47,549 bases of DNA from Eledone cirrhosa. Lineage: Eukaryota. The notes under the pieces are model-generated. The model was not told the DNA's origin. It was given only the letters and a program-made list of their open reading frames with translations, and did not search any database. Of the stretch, positions 41,940-47,549 are shown piece after piece (within the stretch, counting starts at the first letter, position 1; each line of letters begins with the position of its first letter). Location: positions 1-47,549 of the forward strand of contig CAXHJY010001407.1 of the NCBI GenBank assembly GCA_964016885.1, given 5' to 3'. A program made the position numbers and the translations under genes.

Positions 41940-42390
41940 TGTCCCTATTTCTGTTTTCGTCGTTCTTATTTCTGTTTTCACTGTTCCTATTTCTGTTTTC
42001 ATTGCTCTCATTTCTGTTTTCACTGCTCCCAGTTCTGTTTTCACTGTTCCCATTTCTGTTTTCATTATCCCCATTCCTGTTTCGCTGCTCCCATTTCTGT
42101 TTTCACTGCTCCATTTTCTGTTTTCACTGCTCCCATTTCTGTTTTAACTGCTCCCATTTCTGTTTTCACAACTCCCATCTATGTTTTCACTGCTTCCATT
42201 TCTGTTTTCACTGCTCCCATTTCTGTTTTCACTGCTTCCATTTCTGTTTTTAACGGCTCCCATTTCTGTTTTCACTGTTCCCATTTCTGTTTTCGTTATT
42301 CCCATTTCTGTTTTCGTTGCTCCCATTTCTGTTTTCATTATTCCCATTTCTGTTTTCGTTATTCCCATTTCAGTTTTCATTGTTCCCATG
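41940..42390. repeat. 21-bp minisatellite (CCCATTTCTGTTTTCACTGCT)
   Basis: About 20 degenerate copies. Confidence 0.88.
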
Positions 42391-42595
42391 TCTGTTTATT
42401 TTATTTTTGTATTCGTTCTTTTTATTCCGTTTTCGTTGTTTTTAATATCTCTGTTGTCATTTTGTTCTGTTTTTTGTCTGCTTTTATTCCTGTTTTATAT
42501 ATTCATTTCTATTTCTATCTATGTATAATTTCTGTATTTCCCTCACTCTCACTCTCTCTCACTTTCTCTTTCTTGTACTTCGTCTTCTATGGCAG

Positions 42596-42861
42596 GAAAC
42601 GGTGAGTGAGTTTGAGAAGAAGTATCCACGTATCCGGGCATTACTCCTACACACAGTCGAAGAAGATGAGGCTCGCTTTGACCAATTGAGCACCAATCTA
42701 TTCCCCGCTCGACCCAGACGTCTTTCGAACTTTTACTGTCATTACGAGAAACCAGATATTTCCTTAATCCTGCAGGTTTGGCATAACTCTGGCGTTCAAC
42801 AGTGTTACACGAATCTCATAGATCCTGACAATGAAATATTTCTGCCCTACTCTGAAGAATA
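42596..42861 (+). CDS. G-protein alpha subunit, coding exon 3 (helical domain with insertion)
   Basis: Long pyrimidine tract + CAG acceptor, GTGAGT donor, 266 nt, phase 0 to 2, splitting a Tyr codon as in Gq genes. ISLILQVWHNSGVQQCY aligns with Gq AIKSLWNDPGIQECY. Later exons were not found in the window. Confidence 0.85.
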
Positions 42862-42877
42862 GTGAGTACCAAATACC

Positions 42878-43325
42878 ATTTAACTTTGCCTTTCATCCCT
42901 ACGGGGTCGATAAAATAAAATACCAGTAATACACTGGGTAATTGCTGGCCTTGTGCCAAAAAGTAGAAACAATTATTAAGTTTTGAGTTCGGTGGATTGG
43001 CAGTATCAGTAGAGAGTCGGACTCCATGCTTTGAGTTCAAATCCCGCCGAGGTTAACTTTACCTTTCATCCTTACGGGGTCGATAAAATAAAATACTATT
43101 AATGCAGTGGGATAATTGCTGGCCTTGTGCCAAATGTAGAAACAATTATTAAGTCTAACAAGGGCGCCGTGCTTTGCAATCAAAAAGTTACATCCCTTTA
43201 TGGTCTGAGTTCAAATCCCGCCGAGGTTTACTTTGCCTTTCATCCTTACGGGGTCGATAAAATAAAGTACCAGTGATGCAGTGGGATAATTGCTGGCCTT
43301 GTGCCAAATGTAGAAACAATTATTA
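42878..43325 (+). mobile_element. Three tandem partial SINE copies
   Basis: Core plus tail repeated three times immediately after the exon 3 donor. Confidence 0.8.
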
Positions 43326-43601
43326 AGTTTTGACAGGTTTTTTTTTGTTTTGTTTTATTAATTGTTTTTCAAAATTGTTCAAAAATGCCGGACCAAATAC
43401 TTCCTTATACGTTCTGAGTTCAAATTCTACCGAAGTATCTTGGAACCACTGGACATTTCAATTATTGAGGTTCGAAAAGTTTACTCTTGCTAACATGGTG
43501 CTCGGGGTGAAACATTACTAAATGACAATTAAAAATGGAGGAGGATTTGAGGAAACCTGGGAATGAAAATGGGTAGGAGGGACCAATGTGACCTGAATCT
43601 C

Positions 43602-43714
43602 TGAGAACCACTGTCTTTGAAAGAAAAGACCTCTTTGAGAACCACAGTCTTTGAAAGAAAAGACCTCTTTGAGAACCACAGTCTTTGAAAGAAAAGACCT
43701 CTCTGAGAACCACT
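43602..43714. repeat. 34-bp tandem repeat, about 3.3 copies
   Basis: TGAGAACCAC at 43602, 43636, 43670 and 43704. Confidence 0.85.
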
Positions 43715-43953
43715 GGTACAGTGAAGAAGGAAAAACATAATGAACATTTAAGTTCAGATCACGGAAATTACCACCACGGGACTTGTTGTTGTTGTTTCTG
43801 CTGCTTTTATTTGTCTCCAGAAAGAGAAGAGGAGATTGAAAGATAGACAGAGATAAATTGGTCAATTTCTTTATTATATATCAATTTACTATCGCATGTT
43901 CAGGGGTGATAAATTTACACGCGCGCGCGTGTGTGTGTGTGTATGTGTTGCTT

Positions 43954-44038
<85 letters not shown>

Positions 44039-44098
44039 CATAAACCACATATGCATACATACATGTAGGCAAAGACACACTTAAATATATATATAAAT

Positions 44099-44132
<34 letters not shown>

Positions 44133-44550
44133 TGGTAAACGGAATAGAAAATGCTGACAAATTGTTCACAGTGAAAAATAGTTTAATTAGGAATAAATGA
44201 GAATTAGTAATTGTATTGGTTAGTATTCAGTTTTGGTTTTAAGTGTTACCGGTTGCGCATTTCTAAATGCTTTTCAAAAATAATTTTGAGATAGAGCGTC
44301 CGTGATGTGCAGAAAATTGCTTATTGTAATCCAGTTCGTGGTGAAGATAGCCAGTTCCATGGATGGTTTCAACGTACGGTTAGGGGTAACTCCACAAGTT
44401 TTTAAGAATCACGTTCAATCTTGGAGTATAAAGTATAAAAGAGAAAACGCAGGTAAGCATTAAAAAAAGGATTTTATCCTTTTTTTAATGCTTACCTGTG
44501 TTTTCTCTTTTATTCTATATATATTTTTTATTCTCTCTCTCACTCTCTCC

Positions 44551-44619
<69 letters not shown>

Positions 44620-44689
44620 AACATCTACGCACATATACATACATACACACAAGCATATATACATACTTGTTGTAAACACATACATACAG

Positions 44690-44878
44690 ATAGTTGTTTC
44701 TACTTTTGGCACAATGCCAGCAATTACCCCAGTGTATTACTGGTACTTTATTTTATCGACCCCCGTATGGATGAAAGGCAAAGTTAACCTCGGCGGGATT
44801 TGAACGCAGTCCATAAAGGGACATAACTCTATGCTGGAAAGCATAGCATCCGACTCTCTACCGATACTGCCAATCCAA
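44690..44878 (-). mobile_element. SINE, same family
   Basis: Near full-length reverse-complement copy. Confidence 0.8.
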
Positions 44879-44935
44879 CATATAATTACATGTACTTACA
44901 CACACACAACCTTACATGTATGAATACATAGATAA

Positions 44936-44982
<47 letters not shown>

Positions 44983-45584
44983 CACACACACACACATACA
45001 CTCATACACACAGACACTCATTCACACAGACACACGCACACACACAGACACACACCCACAGACGCACACTCACACAGACACACACACACACACTCACACA
45101 CACACAGTCACACACACACAGACACTTACACAGACACACTCACACAGACACACACGCACACACAGACACACACACACAGACACACACTCACACAGACACA
45201 GACACACTCACACACACACACACACTCACACACACACTCACACAGACACACACACACAGACACTCACTCACACAGACTCACACACACACACGTATGTGCA
45301 TGTACGTATGGATGCTTTTATATGCGTGTACGTTTCAGTGCATATAAATATGTATGTATGTATGTAGGTGTGTGTGTGTGTTTGTGAATGTGCGTGTGTG
45401 TGTTTGTGCGTGTGTGGTTGTGACTCTGTGTGTGGAGTTATGTATTCATGTGTGTCAGGAAGTGTATAAGTGCGAAGATGTGTTTATGTGTATATTTAAG
45501 TATGTCTTTGCGTTCATGTATGTATTTATGCACATGTGGTTTATGAAGTGTGTGTATGTGTGTGCATGTGTGTGTGCGTGTGCA

Positions 45585-45679
<95 letters not shown>

Positions 45680-46236
45680 TAGATAGATATACACAACCAG
45701 TCGTTACTTCTTCAAACGTTTCCATAGAATGAATATGTAAGAATACACTACTCTGTGCATCCTTCCATTTTCAAAGCAATAGACTGTGATTTGAGGAATT
45801 TCACTGCTATTTCTAGCAGATCAATACATAGAGGCTTCTTCTTTCACCGTTGATTTCTACATAAAATCCCATGATAATGCCTAAACGTTATCTGAAGGGT
45901 TCAGTATCAATCCGGGGGCATCATCAGGTATTCCGAAATTTATCCAACAATTAACAGACACAACCCAAGACACAATATAATAGACACAATCAAGACTTGA
46001 AGGCGGCTACCCGGACTAGCAACTGCTAATTTTTGGTCGCCTTTCGTCTTGGGCATCTCTCTCTGCTTTTCAGCCCCTTTGATTGTGTCTATTATATTCC
46101 TTTGTTAAATTTCGGTATGCCTGATGATGTCACCGGATCATCGGATTCATACTGAACCTAGTCATTGAAATGTTCATAGTATAATAAACCTTTAAGGAAT
46201 TACAGCAAGTCCAGCCTCCTGTCATTTATAATATTA

Positions 46237-47173
46237 CTAGCATTAAAGCCCGGCGTTGCTCGGGTCAGTAAGTTACCAAAGTTAGGTTGCACCACCCATT
46301 TTATGGCAGCACTTTTTTGTCTGCCAGGCACTGGGTGAATGAATTGCAGACCTGGACTGCCGAAGAAGGAGCTGCGCCAGCAGTGACAATTGTAGTTTCG
46401 CCTATGGATATTATCTATGTGCAAAGAAGTGTTGAAATTTATTGTTTCACAGTACTTGCGCCACACGCGCGTAGACGATGCCAGCCGAACAACAGAGCTG
46501 CGATGGAGTTGTTCTGCATGGTTGTCTAATGTGTGTTTTCTAAATTTAAGACAGTAGGGAGGGTGTGATATGGAGGAGAGTTAGCTGCTGTTTCTAGCAG
46601 GTTTAGTGACCTAATAGAGGATATTACTGTGTATAGTAAATAAACTGATACTTCTTTCGCGTTTCTTGAGAGATGTTTTAAAAAGGATTTATCGCTATTT
46701 TTTTTGTTGTTGAATAAATTTATCTGTTGCTATTGAATAATTGTTGTTTTGACTCAAAAACAGACGTTCTCTCTCTCACACACACACTCTTTCTCTCTCT
46801 CTCACACACACACTCTCTCTTCTCTCTCTCTCTATCCTTCATTTCTTTTCTCTCTTCTTCGGCGTTCCTAAAGGAAGTTTGTAAGTTTAAGCGTATATAA
46901 GAGAAAGTTGCAGCATGTATGTAGTTTTATCGAATTTTAAGGGGAGTAGAGAGAGGAATCAGATTGTATTAGAGGGTGAAGCGTCATGTATTTAGGTTTA
47001 TATCGATTATTTCCGTAATTGTGGGTGACTTTAAAATAAATAAAGAATCGTTGACCTAAGTTAGACCATTTATAACATTCTTATAGACTTTGAGTCGAAG
47101 CGGTTTTAAATTGTGTAAATGTATAAACATGGAACACGCACACACACAACAACAACAATCTGCCTTTTATAGA
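46237..47173 (-). mobile_element. Non-autonomous Helitron family A
   Basis: Minus strand A|TCTATAAAAGG ... hairpin CCCGAGCAACGCCGGG ... CTAG|T; no target duplication. Confidence 0.75.
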
Positions 47174-47549
47174 TAATGATGATATATATAAATAATATTT
47201 TAAAGCTGAGCGTCGTGTGTATGTATTATGTATGTATCCTACACACCTCCCTATAGTTTCTTAGCTTTACTCTCTCCGTCGCTCTTCCCTCTCTCTATAA
47301 TAGATCATTCCCCTCTCTATAATTTAACTGCTTTACTCTCTCTGTCGCTCTTCACTCTCTATATGACAACACTGTTTTAGTTTCCGTATCTCCCTTCAAT
47401 CATCTGTCGTCGCTCACATAAGTAACACACACACACACACACAAAAACACACACACATGCACACAAATACACATACTTTCACCCCTGGTTTCGCCAATTG
47501 CCGGATAACATCAAAACAAAACACACAGACACACACATGCACATACACA

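Noticed and set aside
41674-42605. Long hydrophobic ORFs as membrane proteins
   Set aside because: They arise from T-rich intron sequence and a 21-bp minisatellite.
45691-45740. Possible Galpha exon 4 (reads RYFFKRFHRM after a CAG)
   Set aside because: In-frame stop follows, there is no pyrimidine tract and no switch I motif; exon 4 probably lies beyond the window.
45890-46165. Imperfect inverted repeat with CTGATGA in both arms
   Set aside because: GAAC instead of GAAA and no convincing stems I/III; at best a decayed hammerhead.

Overview
AT-rich, microsatellite-dense animal genomic DNA; an octopus/cephalopod origin is inferred from the SINE types and the (TA)n load. One host gene is visible: the first three coding exons (31668-31785, 41027-41211, 42596-42861, + strand) of a strongly divergent heterotrimeric G-protein alpha subunit. 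It has Gq-type intron positions, a non-canonical P-loop (GASGSGKST) and about 37 extra residues in the helical domain. The rest is mobile DNA: Penelope-like retroelement (PLE) fragments, an RTE LINE fragment, tRNA-derived SINEs, non-autonomous Helitrons, a MITE-like element and minisatellites. The standout is a ribozyme-based system. Two head-to-head inverted tandem arrays of a non-coding 310/312-bp monomer (17973-23391, 38749-39993) carry 22 minimal type I hammerhead ribozyme (HHR) motifs, i.e. retrozyme-like arrays. About 15 further dispersed HHR motifs from several families occur, many in fold-back palindromes with outward-pointing 3' ends that run into (TA)n tracts. There is also a decayed HDV-like ribozyme fold. 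All calls were made by eye, without searches. Most ORFs in the supplied track are microsatellite artefacts.
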